IMG/VR virus record: IMGVR_UViG_3300037054_000044
Span: 21,206 to 85,205 of that record
Origin: a virus
DNA: 64,000 nt
Strand: one strand, 5' to 3'
Shown here: piece by piece, positions 19,988 to 29,420 of the stretch
How the letters are laid out: each line of letters starts with the position of its first letter
Numbering within the stretch: the stretch's first letter is position 1
Position numbers and translations under genes: made by a program
The notes under the pieces: model-generated
Told to the model about the DNA's origin: nothing
Databases searched by the model: none
The model's input: only the letters and a program-made list of their open reading frames with translations

Positions 19988-21613
19988 ATGAAAGAGAAGA
20001 GTAAACAGCAGCAGCACGGCGAAGAGCAACGCAAGCGGATTGCCGAACTTTATGCAAAACATGCAGGCAAAGTTCCAGACATTGCGAGAGCAATGGGACT
20101 GGCGCGGAGCACTGTGTGGGAGCATCTTCAAAAGTTAGGCATTAAAAAGCCGCTTGCAGGTGGTAAGCAACGTGCAGCAGAAATTAAGGAACCTCTACCT
20201 ATCTCTGGGAGCGTCAAACGCTACATCCTGACATCTGCCCAGAACAACACGTTCGTCCATGAAGACTTTTGGGAGAACGTCGAAGCAATGGCAAAGTATT
20301 ACAAGGCACAGATTCTTGTCGGCACCTTCAGCTACAACCAGAACAACTTTGGTAAGCTGGCCGTCAAGAACGGCACCAAGAAAGCGTACGAAGATGACTT
20401 GTGGTATGACCCCAAGGTCACGCCGTACATCAGCGATGCTCCTAGGGAGCTAGCGCCGGGGCTCAAATGGTGTGGCAATCTCAATGTGCTACCCACGGAA
20501 GACAACCCGATATCTGGGTTGGAAACCTACGGCGGTTCGGCAAGCATCATCTTCCCACACACGAAGATAGAGATGCGGTCTATTGCTACAATGCCGGATA
20601 TGCCTGTCAAGATGGTTTATACCACGGGTGCTTGCACCCTTATGAACTATCTGCAGAAGAAACTGGGCATCAAAGCGGAGCATCACCATCGCTACGCCTT
20701 CCTCCTCGTAGAGGTAGACGGTGAAGGCAACTGGTGGGTCAGACAAGTCGCGGCTAGGAAGAACGGGCGCAGCATTCAAGACTTGAATGTTGTTGTCGAA
20801 GACGGAGTGGTTTATACGGATGGAACAGCCGAAGCAATTACATGGGGTGATCTACACTCAACGATAGCACAGCCTGAGGTTGTAGAGTCTTCTCTGAACA
20901 TGCTGGACACTTTACGTCCAAAGTACCAGTTTTTGCATGACATCATGGAGGGCGCATCCACCAACAGACACTTGCAAGGTAAGGTAGAACCCTACAAACG
21001 CTTCCACACATGGCTTAGGGGTCTGCACAGAGTAGATGAGGAATTGCGACAGACGAGAGTTATGGTTGAAAAGTACCTCCGTCCATGGTGCAAGACTATT
21101 GTGCCGGATTCAAATCACGACAGGGCATGGTTGAGGTCATGGTTGGAGAACTACGACTATCGGTTCGATCCTGCAAACTCAGAGTTGTTCTTGCGTCTTC
21201 AGAACTTTGCATACGCTGAAATTCGCGGCGGAAAACTTCCGAAGAACATCAACTTTTCAGAGCATGCCTTTGAGGTAGAAGCTGGCATGAAACATGGAGC
21301 AGTAAAGTTCCTGTTGCCAGACGAATCCTTCGAGGTCAAGGAAGTAGAATGTGGCTGCCACGGGCATTTGGGTCCGAACGGGGCGTTCGGGAGTCCATCT
21401 AACCTTTCCAAAATTGGCAAGAAAGCCACCACAGCACACACTCACTCTTGCGGAATCTTTCACGGACTTTACGTGGCAGGAACCTCAACTAAGTTAACAA
21501 AGGACTGGACGTACACGAGCGGACCTAGCTCGTGGAGTCACAGTCACGTAGCACTCTACCCAAATGGGCAGAGAACTATAATTACTGTGAAGAACGGGAA
21601 GTGGAGAGCCTAA
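19988..21613 (+). CDS. T5 A1-like metallophosphoesterase/nuclease with N-terminal HTH
   Basis: RYILTSAQNNT, WGDLH, SNHD, HGHLGPNG, AHTHS motifs; HTH DIARAMGLARSTVWEHL. Confidence 0.75.
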   Translation: MKEKSKQQQHGEEQRKRIAELYAKHAGKVPDIARAMGLARSTVWEHLQKLGIKKPLAGGKQRAAEIKEPLPISGSVKRYILTSAQNNTFVHEDFWENVEAMAKYYKAQILVGTFSYNQNNFGKLAVKNGTKKAYEDDLWYDPKVTPYISDAPRELAPGLKWCGNLNVLPTEDNPISGLETYGGSASIIFPHTKIEMRSIATMPDMPVKMVYTTGACTLMNYLQKKLGIKAEHHHRYAFLLVEVDGEGNWWVRQVAARKNGRSIQDLNVVVEDGVVYTDGTAEAITWGDLHSTIAQPEVVESSLNMLDTLRPKYQFLHDIMEGASTNRHLQGKVEPYKRFHTWLRGLHRVDEELRQTRVMVEKYLRPWCKTIVPDSNHDRAWLRSWLENYDYRFDPANSELFLRLQNFAYAEIRGGKLPKNINFSEHAFEVEAGMKHGAVKFLLPDESFEVKEVECGCHGHLGPNGAFGSPSNLSKIGKKATTAHTHSCGIFHGLYVAGTSTKLTKDWTYTSGPSSWSHSHVALYPNGQRTIITVKNGKWRA

Positions 21614-22149
21614 TGCGATGCGCATGTGGTTGCGGTACAGATGCAGGCGTATACAAACGCACCCACAAGTCCTCGGGACACGTAGAGGGTGAACCTAAGA
21701 GATTCGTGCAAGGACACAACTCCATGCATGGAACGCATATTAAAGTATGCAAGAGAGGTCACCCTAGGGTCGAAGGGGAGTTAAAGTGCAGGGTTTGCAG
21801 AGCAGCGGCTTGTAGAAATTGGGGAAAGAACAACCCAGAGAAACTAAGAGCATTGAATCTGAAGTTCAAATTCAAAATAACACCTGAAGTAATTGATGAG
21901 AAACTTACGAAGCAGAACAATAGGTGTGCTTTATGTGACTCTTTATTTTGCTCTGAAAATCTTCCTTGCGTAGACCACAGCCATAAGTGTTGCTCAGGCG
22001 ACCGCAGTTGCGGCAAATGCGTACGTGGCTTGCTTTGCAGTACCTGCAATTCTGGGCTAGGTTATCTGCATGATGATGTAACGTTGTTGGAAAAAGGCAT
22101 TCAGTACCTCAAGAAATGGGAGACTCAGTGGAACAACAGGAATACATAA
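21613..22149 (+). CDS. Endonuclease VII-like HNH
   Basis: CACGCG N-terminus; QNNRCALC..VDHSH..VRGLLCSTCNSGLG; TAATG coupling. Confidence 0.88.
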   Translation: MRCACGCGTDAGVYKRTHKSSGHVEGEPKRFVQGHNSMHGTHIKVCKRGHPRVEGELKCRVCRAAACRNWGKNNPEKLRALNLKFKFKITPEVIDEKLTKQNNRCALCDSLFCSENLPCVDHSHKCCSGDRSCGKCVRGLLCSTCNSGLGYLHDDVTLLEKGIQYLKKWETQWNNRNT

Positions 22150-22421
22150 TTCGCACCGAATCTGCAAGGTCGTACACCTACGGACTCGGCAAGGTCGTGA
22201 GCCCCGGCGTTGCGTACTTCGAACGGGGAACATACGGCTTAACCAAGGAAGAACTCAACGCTGCATTGAAGAAGGTCGGAAAGGTGACTCTACGATGAGA
22301 TACGAAGAGAAGGACTTGTTCACAGGCATTGAGGGCATGGACCCAGTAATGATTGACGGCTGGGATGGCATCACCGATTGCGACATTACCGTGGGCCTCA
22401 TTGGTGGAGTCATCATCTAAC

Positions 22422-23144
22422 ATGGCAATTGACTCAGTGATATTTGGATTCGGCTATCGGGCTCGCTCTGGTAAAGACACAGCCGTTGCCGAGATAATTA
22501 AACAGCGCGGATTGCTGCCAGTTGGACCCCAAGAAGACGGGTATACAATTGGAGCAAACGTAAACAACGACCGCTACGACATCCGCAAGTACTCCTTTGC
22601 AGACGCATTGCGTAGCGAAGTGGATGCCGAGTACCGCAAGGCAGGTAGTGTGGAGAAAGTTTTTAGTCCTGACTACTGCTTCGCAAAGAAGGGGTACGTT
22701 GTGACTCTGCCTGAATGGGTTCAGTATGACCCCAATGGGGAAGTCAACGAACAGTACCCACGCGGTAAGCAGCGCTCCTTCCTGCAATGGTGGGGCACAG
22801 AGTATCGCCGCTCAGATGACGACAACTATTGGGTCAAGCGATTGGCCGAACAGATCGAACTGGAGAAACCCCAGATCGCGCTGATCACGGACATGAGATT
22901 CCCGAACGAGATGTCGTTTGTACTGCAGTATGGCGAGACAGTTCGCGTGGATCGTGCAGGGCTTCCGCCTAGCACCCACGCATCGGAAACGGCTCTACAA
23001 GATGTGTCGGACGAGGACTGGTCAATAATTTTGGAGAACAATGGGACTTTAGAGGAGTTTCTGGAAGGTGCGGTCACGGCCTTCGATGAACTCTTGCTGA
23101 ACTTTCCACAACAACGAAATGTAAGACAGGCGCTTGGAGTCTAG
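22422..23144 (+). CDS. Deoxynucleoside monophosphate kinase
   Basis: GYRARSGKDT P-loop, FADALR, LQWWGTE, ITDMRFPNE, HASE. Confidence 0.85.
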   Translation: MAIDSVIFGFGYRARSGKDTAVAEIIKQRGLLPVGPQEDGYTIGANVNNDRYDIRKYSFADALRSEVDAEYRKAGSVEKVFSPDYCFAKKGYVVTLPEWVQYDPNGEVNEQYPRGKQRSFLQWWGTEYRRSDDDNYWVKRLAEQIELEKPQIALITDMRFPNEMSFVLQYGETVRVDRAGLPPSTHASETALQDVSDEDWSIILENNGTLEEFLEGAVTAFDELLLNFPQQRNVRQALGV

Positions 23145-23154
23145 AACCGCCTAT

Positions 23155-23195
23155 GCCCTGCCACAGTTCCAAGAACTGGCAGGGCTTTGATTTTT
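23155..23195 (+). terminator. Rho-independent terminator
   Basis: GCCCTGCCA/TGGCAGGGC stem followed by TTTGATTTTT. Confidence 0.6.
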
Positions 23196-23263
23196 GCTAA
23201 GGAGTCGAACAGAGGGCCACATAAAGTGGGCGACTATAAATTGTGCTCTTGGGTGAGAACATT

Positions 23264-23968
23264 ATGCGTAAGATTTTCAGAAGTCTAGCCAGCCTAGTGA
23301 TCATTGCGACACTGGCAATCAGCCCTGCTTTCGGCATCCACAAGAAGCAGCTAACCAAATTACAAGAGAACCAGCACAAGTCCATGCACGAGATTGTCAT
23401 GGTCAACCGCGACGAGAACGGCAAGGTCATTGGTGGAGGACTCTGCACAGCATATGCAGTCGGACCCCATACCCTGCTCACCGCAGAGCATTGCAACGAT
23501 GAGTATGCCACAGGCGTCTACATTGATGCCCCGCTGCAACTCATCCGCCCACAGCAGGTGATGTCCTACAAGATCATCAGCCGCACGTTCGACAAGCAGG
23601 ATCATATGCTGCTAGATGTCTCTGGCATCTACTTCAAGAACACCATCGAACTGACTGACCACGTACGAGTACCGCGCCAGGGCGAGCACACTTACCAATG
23701 GGGCAACCCTGGTGGGATACGTGACCAGTACCGCGAAGGCGTAGTCATGGGAAACATGCCTAGTTCCGGTGACGATGAAATTGACGCCACAGGAGTTGTG
23801 TACCTCATCCAAGAGACAGTCATTGGTGGCGACTCCGGTAGCTCAGTCTTCTCCGCAGAGGATGGACAACTCATCGGCATCATCACGTACGGAATTGACG
23901 ATGGAAAACTAGCAGGTGTGTACGCCATCGCCTTCACGCAGGCACAGATCACAGCATCAATGAAGTAA
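23264..23968 (+). CDS. Trypsin-like (S1) serine protease with signal peptide
   Basis: LLTAEHC, D, GGDSGS catalytic motifs; hydrophobic N-terminus. Confidence 0.85.
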   Translation: MRKIFRSLASLVIIATLAISPAFGIHKKQLTKLQENQHKSMHEIVMVNRDENGKVIGGGLCTAYAVGPHTLLTAEHCNDEYATGVYIDAPLQLIRPQQVMSYKIISRTFDKQDHMLLDVSGIYFKNTIELTDHVRVPRQGEHTYQWGNPGGIRDQYREGVVMGNMPSSGDDEIDATGVVYLIQETVIGGDSGSSVFSAEDGQLIGIITYGIDDGKLAGVYAIAFTQAQITASMK

Positions 23969-23984
23969 TCCAAAGGAGACTCAG

Positions 23985-24701
23985 ATGACCATTGCAACAA
24001 TCAGTACATACGTAAAGGCGCACGAGCGGCTAGTCCTAGCAGGGATCGCCGCCGTGCTCCTGTGGTTCGCTGTAGGGCATGTGGAAAGCATTATCGCCGC
24101 ACATGACAACGCAAATCTCACACAGGCGAAGGTCGTAGCGCAAAGCCAAGCGGACAAGACCGCTGCGCTCGCCGCACAGGTGGAACAACAATCGGCGCAG
24201 TATCAGGCACTGGCCACTAAGCTAGACGCACAGAATGCGGCATTGGTAGCAGCCAACACACAGCTTGCCACAGCGCTCGCGCAGCAGCAACGCACGGACG
24301 CTGGTTTACCGCCTAGCGAACTCGCCCAGCGGTGGAACACCCTTGTCCCTTCAGCGAATGTCACTGTTTCAACAAACGGTGAAACCCTCCCAACGAGTGG
24401 CGCTATAGCGACCGTGCAGAGCCTCGAACAGGTACCCGTGCTGCAGAAGCAACTAGGCAACACACAGGATGAGCTAAAGAGCGCCCAGCAGCTTCTAGGT
24501 TTGTCTCAGAATGAGAATACAACGCTCAATTCCGAGGTTTCTAGCCTAAACGTTCAGCTAAAAGACAATCAAACCGTATGTAATCAACAGATTGCAGTTA
24601 TTAAGGCCGAGGGACGGCGCAGCAAAAGGCGCTGGTTCGCCATTGGCTTCGTCTCGGGCTTCATTACAAGGCAGTGGATCAAGACCAGCACAGGGCTATA
24701 A
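23985..24701 (+). CDS. Spanin-like coiled-coil membrane protein
   Basis: N-terminal TM, long Q/A-rich coiled coil, C-terminal hydrophobic segment. Confidence 0.55.
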   Translation: MTIATISTYVKAHERLVLAGIAAVLLWFAVGHVESIIAAHDNANLTQAKVVAQSQADKTAALAAQVEQQSAQYQALATKLDAQNAALVAANTQLATALAQQQRTDAGLPPSELAQRWNTLVPSANVTVSTNGETLPTSGAIATVQSLEQVPVLQKQLGNTQDELKSAQQLLGLSQNENTTLNSEVSSLNVQLKDNQTVCNQQIAVIKAEGRRSKRRWFAIGFVSGFITRQWIKTSTGL

Positions 24702-24711
24702 AGTGCCCAAA

Positions 24712-24848
24712 GGAGCCCGTACAGCGATGTTTAGGGAGCGGCCACAGCAGAGTGGCTTAGCATGCCTCGCGCTCGCGTAGCGGTCTGCAATGCGAAATAC
24801 AGAGTTTGCCACCTGAGCAGGTCGGACCATTACCTCAGAACGGCTCCA
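24712..24848 (+). ncRNA. Candidate structured ncRNA upstream of the tRNA
   Basis: Closing stem GGAGCC(C)GT/ACGGCTCC; internal hairpins GCCAC/GTGGC, ACCTG/CAGGT; no credible ORF. Confidence 0.35.
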
Positions 24849-24851
24849 AAT

Positions 24852-24927
24852 AGGGGGATAAGATAACTGACTAATCGGCTCGTTTCCAAAACCTGCAATC
24901 TGGGTTCAAATCCCAGTCGCCCTACCA
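24852..24927 (+). tRNA. tRNA-Trp(CCA), degenerate
   Basis: Perfect T arm CTGGG-TTCAAAT-CCCAG, 3' ACCA, loop TTCCAAA; mismatches in acceptor and anticodon stems. Confidence 0.65.
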
Positions 24928-24956
24928 AAGTTTAGAATCAAGAAAAGGAATAACAC

Positions 24957-25343
24957 ATGTCCACCGGAATCAATAAAAATGGAAAAGCAGTAAACATCAA
25001 CGATGCAGTCAGCATCATAGGCAAGGTAGTGGCTGTGAGTGGCATTGGATCACTCGCTTCGGTTACTGTGCAATCCCCTCTCGATGCCGGAACCTATGTT
25101 ATCACCTCGTATGATGCGTACGCAGTGCAGCAAGAGTATAACTCCACTAACCCCGACGCTCTATACCCAGCGGTTTCCATTGACGGAAAGCACTACGGCC
25201 AAGCTGGGGACGACCTTACAGCGCTTGGTGTTTGCACAGCGATTAGTGGTTCTGGTCTCAATGCAATCCTCACGGTACTGTTGAAGACTAGCCAGACATC
25301 CATCAACACTGCTGCAGGTAATTGCTCGTCTGACAACGTCTAA
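24957..25343 (+). CDS. Hypothetical protein with two related halves
   Basis: AAGGA RBS; duplicated (N/D)GK...D.....G.V.A(V/I)SG.G..A...V pattern. Confidence 0.6.
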   Translation: MSTGINKNGKAVNINDAVSIIGKVVAVSGIGSLASVTVQSPLDAGTYVITSYDAYAVQQEYNSTNPDALYPAVSIDGKHYGQAGDDLTALGVCTAISGSGLNAILTVLLKTSQTSINTAAGNCSSDNV

Positions 25344-25358
25344 ACTGAGGTGACCCCC

Positions 25359-25523
25359 ATGCCTTCTGTCGGGCAGCTAATAGCGGCACGCGCACAGCGT
25401 GACGTTGTGTTCCGCAAAGAAGTACTAAGGGCTCTGTACAAGAGATTAGCCGAGGCAGAACCCAAGACGCCGCTGTGGAGGAACCTAGACAAAGCCATCA
25501 CAGCGTTCGAGAGAATGAAATAG
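25359..25523 (+). CDS. Small hypothetical protein (54 aa)
   Basis: GAGGTG RBS; MPSVGQLIAARAQRD... Confidence 0.5.
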   Translation: MPSVGQLIAARAQRDVVFRKEVLRALYKRLAEAEPKTPLWRNLDKAITAFERMK

Positions 25524-25530
25524 AAACGAC

Positions 25531-25573
25531 AAATGCCCCACAAACCCTTTCGGGAATGTGGGGCATTTTTTTT
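25531..25573. terminator. Bidirectional terminator between convergent arms
   Basis: AAATGCCCCAC...GTGGGGCATTTTTTTT at the strand switch. Confidence 0.85.
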
Positions 25574-25575
25574 GT

Positions 25576-25791
25576 CTATGCTAGGTTTTCTTTGTAGTTG
25601 CGAAGGGCCTTCTTGGCGTAGAACGAAGCCTCCTCCAGTTTAGTACGGATGATGGATACTTCCCGTGAGCCACCGGGGAGAAGTTCTTCCAGTTCATATA
25701 AGAAAGCTGTGAACTTCTCGGCAACGGCAACAGCCTTTTCTCGGCCTACTGTACTGTAGGGTGCGAAGCTAAAGAGAGGGTCAACGCTCAT
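25576..25791 (-). CDS. Small helical protein resembling Acb2/Tad1-like nucleotide sponge family
   Basis: SREVSIIRTKLEEASFYAKKA motif. Confidence 0.5.
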   Translation of the reverse strand: MSVDPLFSFAPYSTVGREKAVAVAEKFTAFLYELEELLPGGSREVSIIRTKLEEASFYAKKALRNYKENLA

Positions 25792-26099
25792 AGCAAAGCC
25801 CATGGTGTCGGCACCATCTTCTTTGCCACGATGAGTAGGTCTTTCTTGTTGTTCTCGGTTTCGAGGATGATCTGTTCTCCTGTGCCTTCGCTCAGGTTGA
25901 CAAGCATGACCAACTCAGGGATCGTCAGACCGTTAATCAAGCCCTTTTCATTAGCAGGAGCAATGGACATCAACCTGCGTCTGTTGGAACTGCTGCCGAC
26001 CGCTATAGTGTACGCACGGACCTTTGCACGGTATTCCTCGTAGTTCAGTTGCAAACCTTCGTACAGTTTCTTTGCGGATGGTGCCTTGCACTTCTTCAT
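25788..26099 (-). CDS. Hypothetical protein
   Basis: AAGGAG RBS, coupled to next gene. Confidence 0.55.
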   Translation of the reverse strand: MKKCKAPSAKKLYEGLQLNYEEYRAKVRAYTIAVGSSSNRRRLMSIAPANEKGLINGLTIPELVMLVNLSEGTGEQIILETENNKKDLLIVAKKMVPTPWALL

Positions 26100-26271
26100 A
26101 GTTCTCCTTTGAGTTGGAAAGCAATCGGTACAACTTTTTTCTTCACAATCACATCTCATAGCCACCTCTACCTGTTGGCGTTTCAGGGGTGAAAATAATT
26201 ATCACTAGCACCACCAGTACTGCCCATCCCCACCAAGGAACACTGCTTAGAGTACTCATAGAATGTCCCCT

Positions 26272-26544
26272 TTACTCGTTCACTACTTTTACAACGTTCC
26301 AAACGCCATTGTACTTTGGGGAAAACTCTTTGGCGTATTTAAGGTACGCTGTGCCTTTCCATGGAACACTGAATGCCATGCGTTTAACGATGCCTTCTGG
26401 AGTGATCACAAGAAACTTCTGTGGACCGTTACCAGTAGACTCGTTGTCAATGAAAATTCCAATTGACCCGTCAGAGTGCTGCTTCATTGAAAAAACAACT
26501 TCAACTTGTCTCTCGTGTCTGTTCTGAGTTACTGCCTTTAACAC
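26272..26544 (-). CDS. Hypothetical protein
   Basis: ORF in operon orientation. Confidence 0.45.
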   Translation of the reverse strand: MLKAVTQNRHERQVEVVFSMKQHSDGSIGIFIDNESTGNGPQKFLVITPEGIVKRMAFSVPWKGTAYLKYAKEFSPKYNGVWNVVKVVNE

Positions 26545-26556
26545 TTACATTGAACT

Positions 26557-27621
26557 TCATAGTATATTCTCCACGTCTGTGAATTTTACATCTGTGCTGC
26601 TCAACTTCTGAATCGAAAACTCGAACTGTGTGTCCTTGGGGCTTGCTTGGTCAATGACCACGGTGTTACCCGGAAGGATTTGCCCAGATGATACTAGGCC
26701 AGCCAACGGCAGCCGCACACGGCGTTCGATGGCACGTTTCAGGTTACGTGCACCGTACTCGATGCTGTAGCCTTCCTCCATTAGCGTGAACTTCGCCGCA
26801 GGAGTTAGCTGGTACAGGAACCTTGCCTTGGTGTAGAACATCTGCTGGACAATGCCCAGTTCGATGTGCATGACTTCCGCCGCCTGTAGCTTTGTCAGAG
26901 TCTTGAAGACCTCCACGTGGTCAAGGCGGTTCATGAACTCAGGTGTGAAGTGCTTCTTGGCAGCCTCCATTGCTACTGCTTTGTTCTTCTCGTCGTCTAG
27001 TACCTCAACTTCATTGCCCTGTTTGAACCCATACTTCTGTGCGTGCATCTGCTTCGCACCGAGGTTCGAGGTCATAATGATGAGCACCTGCTCGAAGTTC
27101 ACCTTGCGGTTGTCGCCTAGCGTGAGCGTAGCCTTATCCAGCACGCCCAGCAGCAATTGCCACAGGGAGTCCGAAGCCTTCTCTATCTCATCGAACAGGA
27201 GCACGCTCAGGGGCATGCCTTCCTTGTGCCACTGGTTTAACGCTTCCTGAGTGAGCAGAGGATGCGTCTCGCGGTGCCCCAGGTAGCCGGGAGGCGAGCC
27301 GATTAGCTTGGCAATCTCATGGCTGTGCTGGAACTCCGCACAGTCAATCTTGATGCAGGCGCGAGCATCCCCTACCAAGCCCTCGCATAGCACCTCCACG
27401 GCGTGCGTCTTGCCTGACCCTGTAGGGCCTAGCAACAGCGCATTGCCTGCTGGCCTGCCAGGGGCACTGAAACCTGATAGATGGGTTGACACCATGTCCA
27501 CCAGAACCTGCGCAGCGCCGTCCTGCCCTACCAGACGCTCGTGCATCTTCTTCAGCAGTGGATCGAGAATGGGATTGCGCTTGGTTAGGTCTAGCACTTT
27601 CTTTGCTGTCCCGGTGGTCAT
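26557..27621 (-). CDS. ClpA/B/C-type AAA+ ATPase, single (D2-like) module
   Basis: LVGQ, GPTGSGKT, GSPPGYLG pore loop, LFDEIEKA, MTSNLG, PEFMNRLD, YGARNLKRAI. Confidence 0.92.
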   Translation of the reverse strand: MTTGTAKKVLDLTKRNPILDPLLKKMHERLVGQDGAAQVLVDMVSTHLSGFSAPGRPAGNALLLGPTGSGKTHAVEVLCEGLVGDARACIKIDCAEFQHSHEIAKLIGSPPGYLGHRETHPLLTQEALNQWHKEGMPLSVLLFDEIEKASDSLWQLLLGVLDKATLTLGDNRKVNFEQVLIIMTSNLGAKQMHAQKYGFKQGNEVEVLDDEKNKAVAMEAAKKHFTPEFMNRLDHVEVFKTLTKLQAAEVMHIELGIVQQMFYTKARFLYQLTPAAKFTLMEEGYSIEYGARNLKRAIERRVRLPLAGLVSSGQILPGNTVVIDQASPKDTQFEFSIQKLSSTDVKFTDVENIL

Positions 27622-27636
27622 GGAGCCTCCTATTTG

Positions 27637-28242
27637 TTATACGCCCAGATACGCCCAGTTATAGTACACGTCGCTCATGCCGCAGTCGTTGCACACGCTG
27701 TAACCCTTGCCTGTTCCTACGAACAAGTGGCAGTGCTCAGCACACTGTGGTGGTATAGGTGTCACTTTGGGATGATAGAACTCCCAGTTGGTGTCATTGC
27801 ATGTGTGCGTATGCTTCGAGCGATTTGGATGCTCACTTAGTCCACAGATACACTTGAAATTGCCCTTGTCCACCTGTGTTACGGTTGTGCCGTCGCTGGG
27901 GAAGCGCCCACCTACTGACCCGCCTACAGTACTACCGATGCGAGATATGCCCACTGTAGAGCCCGTAGCCGTGCGCATAGGGGCATTAGTGATAAGCCCT
28001 CCGAACATCGCTGGGGTTATGTCCTTTGCTTCATCTATGAACACTTCCATGCCTTGCCATGGTCGGGGCTTGGCAATGTACAAGGGCTTGATACATCGGT
28101 CTGCGTGCATGGTAGCCGCTAGTATGGCTGCCTGCCGCAGTTCCGCTGGTGTGATCTCGTACTCACTCAGGTAAGCGCACATCAGGTTCACCACGCGGCG
28201 GAAGGTTGAATCGTACTGGTACGCTTCATTTGGTGTTAGCAT
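27637..28242 (-). CDS. Hypothetical protein with C-terminal Cys/His clusters
   Basis: ORF coupled to neighbours. Confidence 0.55.
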   Translation of the reverse strand: MLTPNEAYQYDSTFRRVVNLMCAYLSEYEITPAELRQAAILAATMHADRCIKPLYIAKPRPWQGMEVFIDEAKDITPAMFGGLITNAPMRTATGSTVGISRIGSTVGGSVGGRFPSDGTTVTQVDKGNFKCICGLSEHPNRSKHTHTCNDTNWEFYHPKVTPIPPQCAEHCHLFVGTGKGYSVCNDCGMSDVYYNWAYLGV

Positions 28243-28670
28243 TATTGAAAGTCCTCCACGCTATTGTATAGCATACAGCGAAGCAGCGTATACAGTGCTG
28301 CCTTGTCTGGCACATGAATCCTAGACTCAAAGCGGTCGAACAGGCTTTGATTACCACCTACGACAATGATGGTTTTTCCCAAAGCATACGCCATGCCTGT
28401 CTCTTCGAAACGCGAGGCAGTTCCCCAGCGCGAGGGTATGGTAGCGGTAGTCAAATCATCGCTAAAGCGGACTAGGATGTCGCAGGCGTACACGTCATTC
28501 CTGTCCAGCGTTGCCCTGTCTCGCAGCACAGTCTCCGAAGGGTTTGCACCTTCTTCCTGCACAATCCAGTGCGATACATCGTCATAGCCTAGCGCCTGCA
28601 CTGCAGTTGATACGTCTTTCATCTCTTCTCTGCGGTCAAAGCGAGATGAAATGTAAACTCTTTGTTTCAT
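28242..28670 (-). CDS. Nucleoside 2-deoxyribosyltransferase-like protein
   Basis: VYIS...DRNDVYACDILV...EETGMAYALGKTIIVVG. Confidence 0.75.
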   Translation of the reverse strand: MKQRVYISSRFDRREEMKDVSTAVQALGYDDVSHWIVQEEGANPSETVLRDRATLDRNDVYACDILVRFSDDLTTATIPSRWGTASRFEETGMAYALGKTIIVVGGNQSLFDRFESRIHVPDKAALYTLLRCMLYNSVEDFQ

Positions 28671-28673
28671 AGG

Positions 28674-29042
28674 TTAGCTCCCCAGCAATGGCTGGATGAC
28701 AACGAAGTCTACACCATGGCTCTTGAGTCCCAAGGTTGTAGCGGCGTGCTCCGACAAATCTAGAACTCTTCCCTTCACCCACGGCCCACGGTCATTCACG
28801 CGGACCACAACGAAGGTACCCATGCGAGGGTACTTTACCATGAGCCACGTCCCTAATGGGTAGGTGTGGCTCGCGCAGGTGAATCTATGGCGGTCGAAGC
28901 GCTCGCCACTGGCAGTCTTTTTGCCTTGTTCTCTGCGCCCATAAAACGACGCCAATCCTTCAGTTTTAGGAAGAGCAATATTCAAACCGTTCTTAGCCTG
29001 ACACAGCACCGTTAGTACCAGAAGCGCCACTATTAATCTCAT
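28674..29042 (-). CDS. rlpA: RlpA-family lytic transglycosylase (DPBB) with signal peptide
   Basis: GLASFYG, TASGERFD, CASHTYPLGT, VRVNDRGP, RVLDLS. Confidence 0.9.
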   Translation of the reverse strand: MRLIVALLVLTVLCQAKNGLNIALPKTEGLASFYGRREQGKKTASGERFDRHRFTCASHTYPLGTWLMVKYPRMGTFVVVRVNDRGPWVKGRVLDLSEHAATTLGLKSHGVDFVVIQPLLGS

Positions 29043-29156
29043 TGATTTTCCTTTCTGATCTTAGAGTTTTTAGAAGTGCTCCTATCCTTTCCATCTCCTG
29101 TACAGTAAACCTGTTGGCTCGCACCCAATTTCTCCCTACTTACAGCTTACCAAAGT

Positions 29157-29420
29157 TCAGGACTTCTTGTCAACCCCTTCGTTTATGACCACAGCGTAAC
29201 GTGTCTCATCGAACTCGGCAGTTATGTGGTTCTGTAGCAGGCTCAGTGCGATTTCTAGTTGCAAGGCACGTGCTTGCTCCAATTCCGTGTGGAACAGATT
29301 AGGGCGCGTCAGTATGCCGTAGACATCGGACCAGAGCATCTGAAGGTCCATCATATGCTGCAAACGAGTTCCAACGTCGTCACCATGGAGCACTTTGCGG
29401 TACGTCGGTTCTCCCATCAC
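29157..29420 (-). CDS. Hypothetical protein
   Basis: Coupled to lysozyme stop. Confidence 0.5.
   Translation of the reverse strand: MMGEPTYRKVLHGDDVGTRLQHMMDLQMLWSDVYGILTRPNLFHTELEQARALQLEIALSLLQNHITAEFDETRYAVVINEGVDKKS

Noticed and set aside
24712-24848. Hammerhead ribozyme, RNase P or SRP RNA
   Set aside because: The required cores (CUGANGA/GAAA in order, GAGGAAAGUCC, SRP domain IV) are absent.
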